Below, in pieces: positions 9,759 to 20,101 of a stretch of DNA of 64,000 nucleotides. How positions within the stretch are numbered: the first letter of the stretch is position 1; each line of letters starts with the position of its first letter. This DNA is from Candidatus Saccharimonadales bacterium (GTDB taxonomy: Bacteria > Patescibacteriota > Saccharimonadia > UBA4664 > SCTI01): positions 7 to 64,006 of the forward strand of contig DATIII010000002.1 of the NCBI GenBank assembly GCA_035479795.1, in the 5' to 3' direction. The translations under genes were made by a program, and so were the position numbers. The notes beneath the pieces are model-generated. The model saw nothing but the letters and a program-made list of their open reading frames with translations. It was not told the origin of the DNA and searched no databases.

Positions 9759-11150
9759 TTATTTGCGAACCGTAATGGCCCGAATCTGAGCCTCCCCTGT
9801 AGATGTCGTCGCTACAGTTAAAGCACTCTTATTATCGGTTGAACTAAAGGCCGGTAGCGCACCCGCCTTAGTCAAAACATTGGAGTAATTACCATCAAAT
9901 TCAGTCATGACAATCAAGCCGCCACGATTGAGCAGGAGGTGATAATTGTCAAACCAATTAACACCGGTAGCACCATTATTCAAGTCACTAAAAGCGTAAT
10001 TCTTATCCCTCTCGACGTCATAAGTCCCCACTGCTGAGCTTGTGGATACTAAGAGAAAACGCCCATCACTATTGAATTTGGCGGTGTCTGCCGGGAGACC
10101 CACATCTATGCGCGTAATTTGGTTACCAAAGACGTTCCCGTAAATTACCGCTCGATGAGTATCATTGTTAACGACAGCCACCTGGGCACTCCCAATGTAA
10201 GTAGCAAAATCTAAACTGTAGTGCTCGCCCGCTGGCAGGGCAGATACCAACTGCTGCTTCTTGCCACCATGGTCCATTAACCAAAGTGAGTGAGTCGGCT
10301 TCGACCCATCGACATAAACAACCCTATCACCAGCGAAGCTGTAGGACATGACATGGTCAGCCAGCACGGGCGAGGTTGACCCAGCGGCAATGTCTAAACG
10401 CCGTAATTCACCGCCAGAAAGCAGATAAATCTCACGCCAGTTACTCGGGCTGATGTTGGCGACAGCCAGATCAACCTTAAACACATCAGTCAGATTAATA
10501 GGTGTATCGCCGCCTGAGCTCAGCATTAAATAGCGCACGGCGTCGCCAATCTGGCTGCGCACCATCAAATGGGTGGCATCATCTGACCAAGCCATAAGCT
10601 GGACACTTTCTGCGGACTGAGTGTCATTGGCCGGTGCCGAAGCAAAAATTTTTGTCTGTGCCCGTGAATTTGAGTCCACCCACCAAACTCCGGCATCTGG
10701 CCCGGTAGGGACGACATAGCCGATGCGTCGGTGATCACGACTGGCCATAAATTGGCTAATGGCCGCCCGATTGACCACCTCCTTGGCCTGGATATGCTGA
10801 GGCATAAGAATGACGTACTGAGCCAGGCTAACTTGAGCTGGAATCGCCTCAATGAGTTTGTGCCAGGTGCGATAGCCGTCCTTGGACACCACAAAGTCAT
10901 GTTGACCGCCAACAAAGGTGTTGCGGTAGGGGGTTTTCTGCTTAATCAACTTACCGTCTACGGTAATCTTGGCGCCACTGGGAATAGATTCGAGGATCAC
11001 TAAGCCACGATGCTGCAGTCGGCCGGATTTAAAATCGTAGCTATAGCCGTTGCCATAGGCAATCAATAAAACCGTTCCGCCAACAATCAAGAGGGCGGCC
11101 AGTAGGTAGCTAAGGATGACAAGCAATCTTTTAGGCATTGGATTCAGCAT
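9759..11150 (-). CDS. PEGA-domain protein with beta-propeller-like C-terminus
   Basis: TM segment then ILESIPSGAKITVDGK...TP...KDGYRTW PEGA motif; WS.D repeats. Confidence 0.8.
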   Translation of the reverse strand: MLNPMPKRLLVILSYLLAALLIVGGTVLLIAYGNGYSYDFKSGRLQHRGLVILESIPSGAKITVDGKLIKQKTPYRNTFVGGQHDFVVSKDGYRTWHKLIEAIPAQVSLAQYVILMPQHIQAKEVVNRAAISQFMASRDHRRIGYVVPTGPDAGVWWVDSNSRAQTKIFASAPANDTQSAESVQLMAWSDDATHLMVRSQIGDAVRYLMLSSGGDTPINLTDVFKVDLAVANISPSNWREIYLLSGGELRRLDIAAGSTSPVLADHVMSYSFAGDRVVYVDGSKPTHSLWLMDHGGKKQQLVSALPAGEHYSLDFATYIGSAQVAVVNNDTHRAVIYGNVFGNQITRIDVGLPADTAKFNSDGRFLLVSTSSAVGTYDVERDKNYAFSDLNNGATGVNWFDNYHLLLNRGGLIVMTEFDGNYSNVLTKAGALPAFSSTDNKSALTVATTSTGEAQIRAITVRK

Positions 11151-11227
11151 TCAGGATACAGGATTCGGAAAAAAGCTTCCAGATCTCAGGTTCGCACCCT
11201 AAAGCCTAAATCCTATATAATGCCGTT

Positions 11228-12235
11228 ATGTTTGGAAAACGCTTAGCCCTCGATCTGGGCACCTCAAATATCCTGGTGTACGTCCCGAAGCAAGGGATCG
11301 TCGTTAATGAACCAAGTGTGGTGGCCCTGAGCACTAGCGATTCCAGCGTTATGGCCATCGGTACGGATGCCAAGGAAATGCTGGGCCGTACACCGGATAG
11401 TATTGTGGCATCTCACCCTTTAAAGGATGGTGTAATTGCGGACTATCGGATAACTCAGGCCATGATCAAGCACTTTATTGGTAAGGTTCTAGGGGGCTTT
11501 CGACTAACTCGCCCAGATGTCATGGTGACCGTGCCGGCTGGAGCCACCTCCACTGAACGACGCGCCGTGGTTGATGCCACTTTAGCCGCTGGCGCCCGGG
11601 CGGCCTATATTATTCGTGAGCCGGTGGCGGCAGCCCTAGGTGCCGGCGTCCCAATCGCTTCGGCGGCCGGCAATATGGTAGTCGACATCGGCGGAGGCAC
11701 TACCGAGATTGCCATTCTCTCTTTAGGCGGAGTGGTAGCCCAAGCCTCGGTGCGGGTGGGCGGCAATAAGCTAGATGCCGCCATTGCCGAAGGCATCCGG
11801 CGCAGCCACGGTCTGGCTATTGGGCAACAAACCGCTGAAGAAATTAAACACACCCTTGGCAGCGCCTTAATCCTCAAACAGGACGAGCACATGGAAATAC
11901 GCGGTCGCGATGTGATAGCCGGCCTGCCAAAGACCATAACGATTTCATCGAATGAAATAACCCATACCATCGCCGACGAACTGGAAAAAATTATTCTGGC
12001 CATCAAATCGGTATTAGAACAAACACCCCCCGAGCTGTCCAGTGACATCATTGATCGCGGCATGGTGCTAACCGGTGGCGGAGCGCTCCTAAAAAATATT
12101 GATAAGCTCCTTACTAACGTCACAGGCGTGCCCTGCGTCGTTGCCAAAGACGCCCAGCTCTGCGTAGCCAAGGGTGCCGGTATTGCTTTGGATAATCTCG
12201 AAGAGTATAAACGTAGTCTGGCTGGTCTTAAGTGA
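11228..12235 (+). CDS. mreB: Rod shape-determining actin-like protein MreB
   Basis: DLGTSN, VVNEPSVVA, PLKDGVIAD, DIGGGTTE, LTGGGALL. Confidence 0.96.
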   Translation: MFGKRLALDLGTSNILVYVPKQGIVVNEPSVVALSTSDSSVMAIGTDAKEMLGRTPDSIVASHPLKDGVIADYRITQAMIKHFIGKVLGGFRLTRPDVMVTVPAGATSTERRAVVDATLAAGARAAYIIREPVAAALGAGVPIASAAGNMVVDIGGGTTEIAILSLGGVVAQASVRVGGNKLDAAIAEGIRRSHGLAIGQQTAEEIKHTLGSALILKQDEHMEIRGRDVIAGLPKTITISSNEITHTIADELEKIILAIKSVLEQTPPELSSDIIDRGMVLTGGGALLKNIDKLLTNVTGVPCVVAKDAQLCVAKGAGIALDNLEEYKRSLAGLK

Positions 12236-13502
12236 TCCTGGAGCCGTCTTGCTAGAATCTAAGCGTTTAATCAGATGGGGTTCTTTGGCTTTAATGGCCC
12301 TTATGCCCCTACATGCCTTTTTAAGTGTTTCGGCGGGTCATATCTTCGGTCACCAGGCAATGTGGCAGAGCTGGAAGGAAGGGTTGCTCGTCTTGATGAC
12401 CTTGGCGGCTATCAAGCTACTGGTTTCCGACCCGACCGCCTGGCGGCAATTCAAAAAACCACTCAATCTATCAATCATCATATTCGCAGCAGTGGCTCTC
12501 ATTGTAACCGCCATTACCCGGCCACCACTGGTCGCCACGCTTTTTGGGCTCAAGACTGATCTAGAATTTTTGCTGGTCTTCGGGCTTGTCCAGCTGACGG
12601 CTGATCGAGGGTTTCGCCATCTACTGACCAAAGTTCTCCTAATCAGCTCCGGAGTAGTGATAGGCTTTGGCCTTCTCCAAATCTACGTGCTACCAGCTGA
12701 TTTTCTGACCCAGCTTGGCTACGGCCCCACAACGGTCGCCGCCTTCCAGGATGTTGACCCGGCCATTCGATCGGTCCGCATTATCTCGACCCTGGGTGGG
12801 GCAAATCAACTAGGTAGCTTTTTAATCCTCCCGTTAGCCCTAGTTTTCTGGCGAATACTGAAACGCCCACGGCTCTGGCAGGTTTTATATCTCGCAAGCG
12901 GCTTAGTCGTGGAATGGCATACCTATTCGCGAAGCGCTTGGATTGGTACGGGCTTAGCCCTGGTAATCTTATTTGTGGCAGCATTGAGAAAAGCTTGGCG
13001 AGCCCCAGCGACGTTGATATTGGTCCTGAGCGCTGGCCTAATTATGCAGCTGCTCGTGAACTCAGCCGGACAGGATAATAAGTTGCAGTACTATCTTTTC
13101 CACCAAAGAGTATCCGACACTGGCTTCAAAGGCTCTACCGATTTACACTCGTTGGCCTTCGACGCTGGTCTGCGCGAAGCCACAGCCATGCCTCTGGGCG
13201 AGGGGCTGGGGTCGGCCGGCCCAGCCTCGTTCCATAATAACCGAACCTTAATTCCCGAAAGCTATTATCTACAGATCGCAATTGAAACCGGCATCCTCGG
13301 ACTCATGACCTATCTTGCCACCCAGTTACTCTTAGGCCTCAATTTATTCAAACGAGGAACTGGATGCAGTGTGGGATTACCGCTGCTGGCAACTCTGGCC
13401 GGCATGGCCGTCGTGAATCTATTTCTTCATGGCTGGGCCGATAGCTCCACGGCTTTAACGTTCTGGACACTGGCCAGTGCGGCTGTAGGGGAGAAGACCT
13501 AG
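12174..13502 (+). CDS. O-antigen ligase/Wzy-like polymerase family membrane protein (true start probably ~12248)
   Basis: Multiple TMs, STLGGANQLG, TYSRSAWIG, PLGEGLG, ESYYLQIAIETGILG. Confidence 0.85.
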   Translation: MPVLLWIISKSINVVWLVLSDPGAVLLESKRLIRWGSLALMALMPLHAFLSVSAGHIFGHQAMWQSWKEGLLVLMTLAAIKLLVSDPTAWRQFKKPLNLSIIIFAAVALIVTAITRPPLVATLFGLKTDLEFLLVFGLVQLTADRGFRHLLTKVLLISSGVVIGFGLLQIYVLPADFLTQLGYGPTTVAAFQDVDPAIRSVRIISTLGGANQLGSFLILPLALVFWRILKRPRLWQVLYLASGLVVEWHTYSRSAWIGTGLALVILFVAALRKAWRAPATLILVLSAGLIMQLLVNSAGQDNKLQYYLFHQRVSDTGFKGSTDLHSLAFDAGLREATAMPLGEGLGSAGPASFHNNRTLIPESYYLQIAIETGILGLMTYLATQLLLGLNLFKRGTGCSVGLPLLATLAGMAVVNLFLHGWADSSTALTFWTLASAAVGEKT

Positions 13503-14359
13503 TGTCCAAGCAAGCCAAATATCCAAAAGTAAAGATTCTCGGTGTTGACATCGACGCCCTGAGCATGCGGGAGGCTTGTGATTATATCTTAGCCCTCAGC
13601 TCAAAAAAGTCGGCTTGCTACATAGCCAAGCCCTACGTTGAGTTTATGGATCGGGCGGCTAGCGACCGCCGTGTGCGACAATTATTGGCTGATAGTGAGT
13701 TGTGTTTGCCCGATGGAGTTTCCCTGCAATGGGCGGCCGCCTATAAACAGGGAAAAGGTGGACTGGGTCGAGCTCTCGGGTTGGCGGCAGCCATTGTTTT
13801 TCAGCCCTCACGCATTTCTGATCCGCTCCCGGAAAAGTTTGGTGGGACGGTCTTTACCTGGCAACTACTAGCGGCAGCGATGGAGGCTGGAAAATCGATT
13901 TATCTAATCGGATCGCCTGCCAACAACCCCATTGCTCACACCGCCAAGGTAATTAATAATGCCTTGCCAGATCTAACAATAGTAGGGCATTGGCCTGGTC
14001 GTCTAGCCGGAAAGTCAGGTGACAGTTTATATAAGGCACTGGCTAGCGGTCGGATTGAAGGAGAGCTGGTCGACGATATTCAGCAAAAGCAGCCGGACAT
14101 TATCTTGGTCGGTATGGGTTTTCCAATCCAAGAAGCACTTATGGCCAAGCTGACGCCCCAGCTGCATCACGGAGTTTTGATAGGCGAGGGTGGGACCTTC
14201 GATTACGACAGTTTTGGTGGCGGTCGGCGCAAGGCACCAGCCTGGCTTCAGCGATCGGGGCTGGAATGGTTTTGGCGGCTCATACTTGAACCTTCGCGAC
14301 TTAAGCGGCAGTTAGCCATACCGCGCTTTATGTGGAAAGTTTACAAAAGCAAAATTTAG
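13502..14359 (+). CDS. WecB/TagA/CpsF family glycosyltransferase
   Basis: LCLPDGVS, PDIILVGMGFPIQE, GGTFD, RKAPAWLQRSGLEWFWRLILEPSR. Confidence 0.93.
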   Translation: MSKQAKYPKVKILGVDIDALSMREACDYILALSSKKSACYIAKPYVEFMDRAASDRRVRQLLADSELCLPDGVSLQWAAAYKQGKGGLGRALGLAAAIVFQPSRISDPLPEKFGGTVFTWQLLAAAMEAGKSIYLIGSPANNPIAHTAKVINNALPDLTIVGHWPGRLAGKSGDSLYKALASGRIEGELVDDIQQKQPDIILVGMGFPIQEALMAKLTPQLHHGVLIGEGGTFDYDSFGGGRRKAPAWLQRSGLEWFWRLILEPSRLKRQLAIPRFMWKVYKSKI

Positions 14360-14425
14360 TGGCCTAGAAATACTGTTCAAACCACTGGCCTTGATGTAAC
14401 ATAAGCACAATAAGGGTAATCATCA

Positions 14426-15556
14426 ATGCAGTGTCCTAGCTGCGGCAAGACTGGATTCGTCACAATTGGAACTAAGCGCTACTGCAGCAACTGCGGTTGC
14501 TTGCTGTCGGGGGTTGCCACCCCGAGCTTGTCTGATATCAAAGTCGGCCCCAAGACCCCACTAGCTCCGGCGCCAAAAACAGCTTCGGAAATGCACGGCG
14601 CCCAAATTGGGCCCATTAAGACTAGCGGTGTACTCGATCTTCGCCAAGCAAAACCTAAGCCCGCTCCGCAACCAATTTCCGTTTTGCCCCCGGCCCTGGA
14701 AAAGCCCACCGAACCCGTCGCAGCGCCTCAACCGAAAGCCGTAGCACCACCTGCACCTGCACCTGCACCTGCACCTGCACCTGCACCTGCACCTAAAGTG
14801 TCGGCGCCGATAGCCTCGCCCACAAGCTCGATCCTGCCACCGCCTTCTACTAGCCCTCAGACCCAATTATCAGCCGATACTTCTCCGCGCAGTCCAATGT
14901 TCCGCAAATTCAATCCGCATCCGGCAGTCGCCAAGCCAGTCGGCCAGCCCTCAGTCGCTAAAGACATGCCAGCCCAAGTAGCAGCCCAAATAGACTCCAT
15001 GGGTGCCCTGGCCCAGTCCGCGCCTGAGCCTACTGCTGCAGAGCCGGTGAAACCAAAATCTCCAGAACTTGAGAAAGCCATTAATGCTGCTCGTCCAGGC
15101 CAGACCTTCACCCCTGCCCGCGCCGCCGCCGGTGTGGCAATTGTCGCCATCCTAGCCGGCTTTGTCTGGTTGCAGAATTCCCCCAAACTAGCCTTCCATG
15201 ATGCCGCCGCCAAGGCTGGAATTGAGGCCAGTCTACCAACCTACGTGCCTTCCAGCTATCGTCAAGCCGGGCCAGTAGAGGCGGGAAATGGTCAGGTGAG
15301 CCTACACTTTACCACTCCTGGCTCGGATGAAAAGTTAAATATAGTACAGAAGAAAACCGACTGGGACCCAGACTCATTGCGAGAAAATTATGTGGCTAAA
15401 CAGAGCGATAATTTTCTAGCTGTCCAAGGTCAGGGCTTAACGATTTATGTCTTCAACAATCAAGCCAACTGGGTCAACCACGGGATCTGGTATTCCATTA
15501 GTGGGACTTCAAAACTGTCACGCGAACAAGTCCTCAAAATCGCCTACGGCCTGTAA
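14426..15556 (+). CDS. Zn-ribbon, Pro/Ala-rich linker, TM, DUF4367-like extracellular domain protein
   Basis: CPSCG..CSNCG; (PA)n; TM; LPTYVPSSY...WVNHGIWYSISG..LSREQVLKIAYGL. Confidence 0.75.
   Translation: MQCPSCGKTGFVTIGTKRYCSNCGCLLSGVATPSLSDIKVGPKTPLAPAPKTASEMHGAQIGPIKTSGVLDLRQAKPKPAPQPISVLPPALEKPTEPVAAPQPKAVAPPAPAPAPAPAPAPAPKVSAPIASPTSSILPPPSTSPQTQLSADTSPRSPMFRKFNPHPAVAKPVGQPSVAKDMPAQVAAQIDSMGALAQSAPEPTAAEPVKPKSPELEKAINAARPGQTFTPARAAAGVAIVAILAGFVWLQNSPKLAFHDAAAKAGIEASLPTYVPSSYRQAGPVEAGNGQVSLHFTTPGSDEKLNIVQKKTDWDPDSLRENYVAKQSDNFLAVQGQGLTIYVFNNQANWVNHGIWYSISGTSKLSREQVLKIAYGL
14750..14794 (+). repeat. Perfect hexamer tandem repeat (CCTGCA)x7 plus CCT, encoding (PA)7P
   Basis: Directly visible. 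Confidence 0.95.
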
Positions 15557-15597
15557 CCCACCTGGATCCCGGATCCCGGATCCTGTATCCTGATTCT

Positions 15598-15933
15598 ATG
15601 AATGATTCCGCTTGGGAACGCCTAATTGATGCAGTTGATGCCACCTGCGGCATTGATAAACACAGTAAAAATATGCGGCCGCTGGATGACCGCCCCGACT
15701 TAAACGAAACCGTTGAAGTTTTTGAGTTCGAGCGCGGTGGCCAAGCTTACAAACTAGAGCGAGTCAGCGGCCCAGCTATTATTGACCGCAAAACCCACTT
15801 TACTCATCGCGCCGGGACGGCTAATCGCATCGAAAATATTTACGACGAACATGAACTGGGACATAAAGTCACCCTATATAAAAACGAGGCGGGGGACTGG
15901 CAGCCTCAAGATATGAGCGCCTTGTCGCTATGA
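15598..15933 (+). CDS. Hypothetical protein coupled to gltX
   Basis: 111 aa; ATGA overlap with gltX. Confidence 0.75.
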   Translation: MNDSAWERLIDAVDATCGIDKHSKNMRPLDDRPDLNETVEVFEFERGGQAYKLERVSGPAIIDRKTHFTHRAGTANRIENIYDEHELGHKVTLYKNEAGDWQPQDMSALSL

Positions 15934-17327
15934 CTGAAAAACCGAAGGTTCGCGTTCGCTTTGCCCCGAGCCCAACCGGATACCTACACATCGGTAATCT
16001 GCGCTCCGCTTTATTTAGCTATCTGTATGCGCGCCACACCCAGGGCAGCTTTATCCTGAGAATAGAAGATACCGACCGCGCTCGACTGGTCGAGGACGCC
16101 GTCGATTACGTAAAAGAGAACTTACTTTGGTTGGGCCTCAACTGGGATGAGGGGATTGAGAAGGGTGGTGAGCATGGGCCCTATGTGCAGTCAGAGCGAC
16201 TAAATCTTTACGCCGAGCATGCCGAAGCGCTAGTCGAGCAGGGGAAGGCTTACCGTGATTACACGTCGTCCCAACGACTTGAGGGACTAAGACAACATGC
16301 CCAAAAGGCCAAACAGCCATTTAAATTCACTAAAGACATGGCTCAACTTGAGCCCGACCATAAAGATGATCCATTTGTGATCCGCTTTGAAATCAAGCCC
16401 GGTCCGAATGTCATCTGGAATGACGCCGTCTGGGGAGAGCAAACTTGGAAGCGCAAAGTATTGGATGACTTTGTCGCCCTTAAGTCGGATGGCTTCCCTA
16501 CTTACAACTTTGCTGTAGTAGTGGATGATCATCTCATGGAAATCAGTCATGTCTTGCGCGGGCAGGAGTTTCTTTCGACCACGCCAAAAAATATTTTGGT
16601 TTACGAAGCTTTTGACTGGCAGATACCTCAGTTCGTGCATCTTCCGCCAGTTCTAGGCCCGGACAAATCAAAGTTATCAAAGCGCCACGGCGCCAAGTCC
16701 GCTCTCGAGTACCGCGACGCCGGCTATTTGTCTGAAGCCGTTTTTAATTACCTCGCCAGCCTAGGTTTCAATGACGGCACTACTCAAGAAATCTACACTC
16801 CAGCCGAACTAGCCAAGGTTTTTAACCTGGGCAGAATCCAAGCCAGTCCAGCCATATTTGATCCGGACCGGCTAGATTGGATGAATGGCGTGCACATTCG
16901 GCAAATGACGACCAAGCAGCTGCTGGTCCGATCAGCTGAATTCTGGCCACCCGAAGCCAAAAAATTTGATGAAGCATACCGCTTGAAAGTACTCGAACTG
17001 ATTAAGGAACGTCTGAAGTATTTTGCTGAAATACCTGAGCTAACCAGCTTTTTCTTTACCGACCCAAAACTGAACATCAAGCCCGATTCGCAGCCAATGT
17101 TGCTAAAGGTTGTTAACAAACTTGAAGACAGTGACTTTAGTGAGAAAGATCTGGAAAACCGTCTCCGGGCCCTGGTAGCCGCCGAAGATCTAAAAACAGG
17201 CCAGGTGTTTGGCATCATCCGACTGGCAGTCACCGGGAAAACAGCCGCTCCGGGTTTATTCGAGACCCTCCACGTGCTTGGCAAAGAAACCAGCCTACGC
17301 CGACTCCGTCACGCCGCCGGAGCATAA
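15930..17327 (+). CDS. gltX: Glutamate--tRNA ligase
   Basis: RVRFAPSPTGYLHIGN, LRIEDTD, KLSKRHG. Confidence 0.97.
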   Translation: MTEKPKVRVRFAPSPTGYLHIGNLRSALFSYLYARHTQGSFILRIEDTDRARLVEDAVDYVKENLLWLGLNWDEGIEKGGEHGPYVQSERLNLYAEHAEALVEQGKAYRDYTSSQRLEGLRQHAQKAKQPFKFTKDMAQLEPDHKDDPFVIRFEIKPGPNVIWNDAVWGEQTWKRKVLDDFVALKSDGFPTYNFAVVVDDHLMEISHVLRGQEFLSTTPKNILVYEAFDWQIPQFVHLPPVLGPDKSKLSKRHGAKSALEYRDAGYLSEAVFNYLASLGFNDGTTQEIYTPAELAKVFNLGRIQASPAIFDPDRLDWMNGVHIRQMTTKQLLVRSAEFWPPEAKKFDEAYRLKVLELIKERLKYFAEIPELTSFFFTDPKLNIKPDSQPMLLKVVNKLEDSDFSEKDLENRLRALVAAEDLKTGQVFGIIRLAVTGKTAAPGLFETLHVLGKETSLRRLRHAAGA

Positions 17328-17348
17328 CCTTTATGCTATAATCCAGGT

Positions 17349-18503
17349 ATGAAAGATATCCAGATCGACGGTGATCGGTTTGAGACTTCAACGCCTGATC
17401 CAGCCAATAAAAAACCTAAGCCCGACTCCTCCAGCGAAGGGCGGTTTGGTCGTTTCAAGAATTGGTTGAAGACCCACCATACGCGCATTATTTTGGGGCT
17501 GGGAGTTTTTGTGGTGGCGCCAGTGGCTGTCTGGGCGTACCTAGAGTCAACCAAGCCGGTGGAGCAGGTTTCTCAGGACGTCCATGTCAAAAAAGCCGTA
17601 AAGCCGCAAACTGAAGCCTCACCCTTAACTGGTGTACAGGTTGACCCGGCCCTGGCCGCCCGGCCCATCACCGCCGCCGTTATAGAGAACCATACCGACG
17701 CCCGACCGCAATCGGGTTTATCGGAAGCCGGCGTCGTGTATGAAGCTTTGGCCGAAGGCGGCATTACACGTTTTGAAGCCTTCTACCTTGAGAACCGGCC
17801 CAAGGAGCTGGGCCCCATCCGCTCAGTTCGTACTTACTTTGTTGATTGGGCTCTGGAATTTAATGCCCCTCTGGCCCACGCCGGCGGCAATGCCGACGCC
17901 CTCGACATTATCGGCCCTCTCGGTATGAAGGACATGAATGAATTTGTTAATGGCGGTTATTTTTACCGATCCAAGGACCGCTTTGCGCCCCATAACCTCT
18001 ACACCTCAAGCGACCAACTCGATTCTCTAGAAGCCAGACTAGGATACAACAAGCCTTCAAGCTTTAAAGCGAGCCCCCGCAAAAAGGACACCAAGAGCGC
18101 CCAGCCGGCCCACCCCGACATCAATATCAATTACTCCTACAACGGCTACCAGGTTGAATATAAGTACAATGCCGACTGCAATTGCTATGATCGCTTCCTG
18201 GCCGGCGCTCCGCACATCGACCGCAACACCGGCAAGCAAATTCAAGTTAAAAACGTCGTCGTTCAATACATGCCCACCAGCTACGGCACTACTCGCATCG
18301 GCGAACAGACGGTTATCATGGGCACTCCAGGTAGCGGCAAGGCGATTGTCTTTACTGATGGTGGGGCAGTAGAGGGGACCTGGAGTAAAGCGGCTCACGG
18401 CGAGCGCACCAAGCTGCTCGACGCAGCCGGCAAAGACATCCCCTTAAATGCTGGCAATACCTGGTATAGCATTGTGCCGACCGACAAGACTGTCAGCTAT
18501 TAA
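17349..18503 (+). CDS. DUF3048 (YerB-like) domain protein
   Basis: SPLTG, IENH..ARPQSGL..A.VVYE.LAEGGITRF, GPIRSVR, APHNLY. Confidence 0.9.
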   Translation: MKDIQIDGDRFETSTPDPANKKPKPDSSSEGRFGRFKNWLKTHHTRIILGLGVFVVAPVAVWAYLESTKPVEQVSQDVHVKKAVKPQTEASPLTGVQVDPALAARPITAAVIENHTDARPQSGLSEAGVVYEALAEGGITRFEAFYLENRPKELGPIRSVRTYFVDWALEFNAPLAHAGGNADALDIIGPLGMKDMNEFVNGGYFYRSKDRFAPHNLYTSSDQLDSLEARLGYNKPSSFKASPRKKDTKSAQPAHPDININYSYNGYQVEYKYNADCNCYDRFLAGAPHIDRNTGKQIQVKNVVVQYMPTSYGTTRIGEQTVIMGTPGSGKAIVFTDGGAVEGTWSKAAHGERTKLLDAAGKDIPLNAGNTWYSIVPTDKTVSY

Positions 18504-18586
18504 CCAGCCGATTGATTCAGAGTTGAGGACGAATATTTTATACATAAGCATTATGGTATAATTACATTGTAATAACCGGCTTAGCC

Positions 18587-19150
18587 GTGAAAACCAAAAT
18601 CAAACCAAAAGCCAAATCTAAACCAACAAAACGAGCATTAATAAAAGAACTGCGGGCAAAAGCTGCGCGGCGGGCTGGTCATAATGCGCGCAGGTCAAAG
18701 AAGCTAGCCCACCAGAACTTGGCAATTGTGATGTTTACTGCCATCATCACCATATCTTTTGGTGGTGTGGCTTTTGCTATCAACTTACAGCTGATTCCGC
18801 CGCCCACGGCGTTTAGCAAATATCCTGATACTCAAGCAGTGCTGGATAATTACATAAAACATCCCAAGATCACTCCAGATGGTTACCCCGACCAGATAGG
18901 TAAGGCCTCTTGGTACGCCATCGGGTTGCCGGCACCCGACGCCCTAACCTGTGCTTCAACCACTTTCCCACGTGGGACTCACCTTAAAGTTAAGAATCTC
19001 CGCAATGGGCGTGAGGTGGTCTGCCTAGTTAACGATTATGGCCCTCAGGCTTGGACGGGCAAGGTGATCGACCTTTCGCGCGGCAGCTTTGTCCAAATTG
19101 ACTCACTGAATGCCGGAACCGCACCTGTCGAGATTCGCGTTCAAAAGTAG
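18587..19150 (+). CDS. RlpA-like (DPBB) lytic transglycosylase
   Basis: GKASWY, TCAS..FP.GT.LKV.N..NG..V...VNDYGP...IDLS. Confidence 0.88.
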   Translation: MKTKIKPKAKSKPTKRALIKELRAKAARRAGHNARRSKKLAHQNLAIVMFTAIITISFGGVAFAINLQLIPPPTAFSKYPDTQAVLDNYIKHPKITPDGYPDQIGKASWYAIGLPAPDALTCASTTFPRGTHLKVKNLRNGREVVCLVNDYGPQAWTGKVIDLSRGSFVQIDSLNAGTAPVEIRVQK

Positions 19151-19216
19151 TTGCGCTCCTAGGTACTTTAGGCCATAATATCTGCCGTCTGGCAAATCCC
19201 CAACCTGAGGAGAGAC

Positions 19217-19546
19217 ATGACAGACAATAAACCCGAGGAGAAGGTGGAGACGAGGAAGCTGCGCGTCATGCGCGCTGTTTTCAATAAGGATGCACCTCCG
19301 CCTCGCGGCTGGAGAGGACTGTTCCACCGGGATGGAGATCTCATCAAGGCCCTGTGCGGCCAGTCGCTGCCGAATGACCTCACCAAGGCCACACCCTGCC
19401 AAATGGGCCTGGCCCGGCTGATCTGGGACTGGCTGGCAGCCAACACTGCCCTCGAAATCCAGGAAACGACAGCCAGCCGTATCAAAGTCGTCCGTCGGGC
19501 AGCTCAAGGCGACTCCGGGGCACTAGCCCTACTTGGCCTGGCCTAG
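19217..19546 (+). CDS. Hypothetical protein (GC-rich orphan islet)
   Basis: TTGCGC-17-CATAAT promoter, SD GAGGAG, downstream hairpin 19553-19595. Confidence 0.65.
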   Translation: MTDNKPEEKVETRKLRVMRAVFNKDAPPPRGWRGLFHRDGDLIKALCGQSLPNDLTKATPCQMGLARLIWDWLAANTALEIQETTASRIKVVRRAAQGDSGALALLGLA

Positions 19547-19595
19547 ACAGCCTCACCCGGCCCTGGTGGCGCACCCGCGCTACCAGGGCTGTGTG

Positions 19596-20054
19596 CTACT
19601 CAACCTTCAATAATTCAATTTCAAAAATAAGTGTGGAGTTCGCTGGAATAGTCCCGGCTCCCGGGGAACCGTAACCGAGCTCCGGCGGAATAACCAGCTT
19701 ACGCTTGCCGCCAACCTTCATGCCGGCTACACCCTGGTCCCAGCCCTGAATTACCTGACCACCACCAAGCGTAAAGCTAAAGGGTTCATTCCGATCATAC
19801 GAGCTATCGAATTTATTACCATTAGTTAGCGTGCCGACATAATTAACCGTCACTTTTTTACCGGCAACAGCCTCATCTCCGGTGCCAATAACTTCATCAG
19901 TTTTTTGGAGGCCCTGCTGCGAGGCCTGAGGTTGATCTGTCACAGGTTGCTCCTTGGTTACTGGTTTAATGGTGGCTCGGGCAAAGATAAACCCGGCCAC
20001 TATCACCACGACGATAAAAAGGCTTAGTAAACCGATTATCTGACCACTTCTCAT
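19596..20054 (-). CDS. FKBP-type peptidyl-prolyl isomerase (membrane-anchored)
   Basis: [49 protein letters not shown]. Confidence 0.95.
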   Translation of the reverse strand: MRSGQIIGLLSLFIVVVIVAGFIFARATIKPVTKEQPVTDQPQASQQGLQKTDEVIGTGDEAVAGKKVTVNYVGTLTNGNKFDSSYDRNEPFSFTLGGGQVIQGWDQGVAGMKVGGKRKLVIPPELGYGSPGAGTIPANSTLIFEIELLKVE

Positions 20055-20101
20055 ATCAAAATTATAGCATGCCGACCCTTACGCGGGTCGACATTTTGGT
20101 G

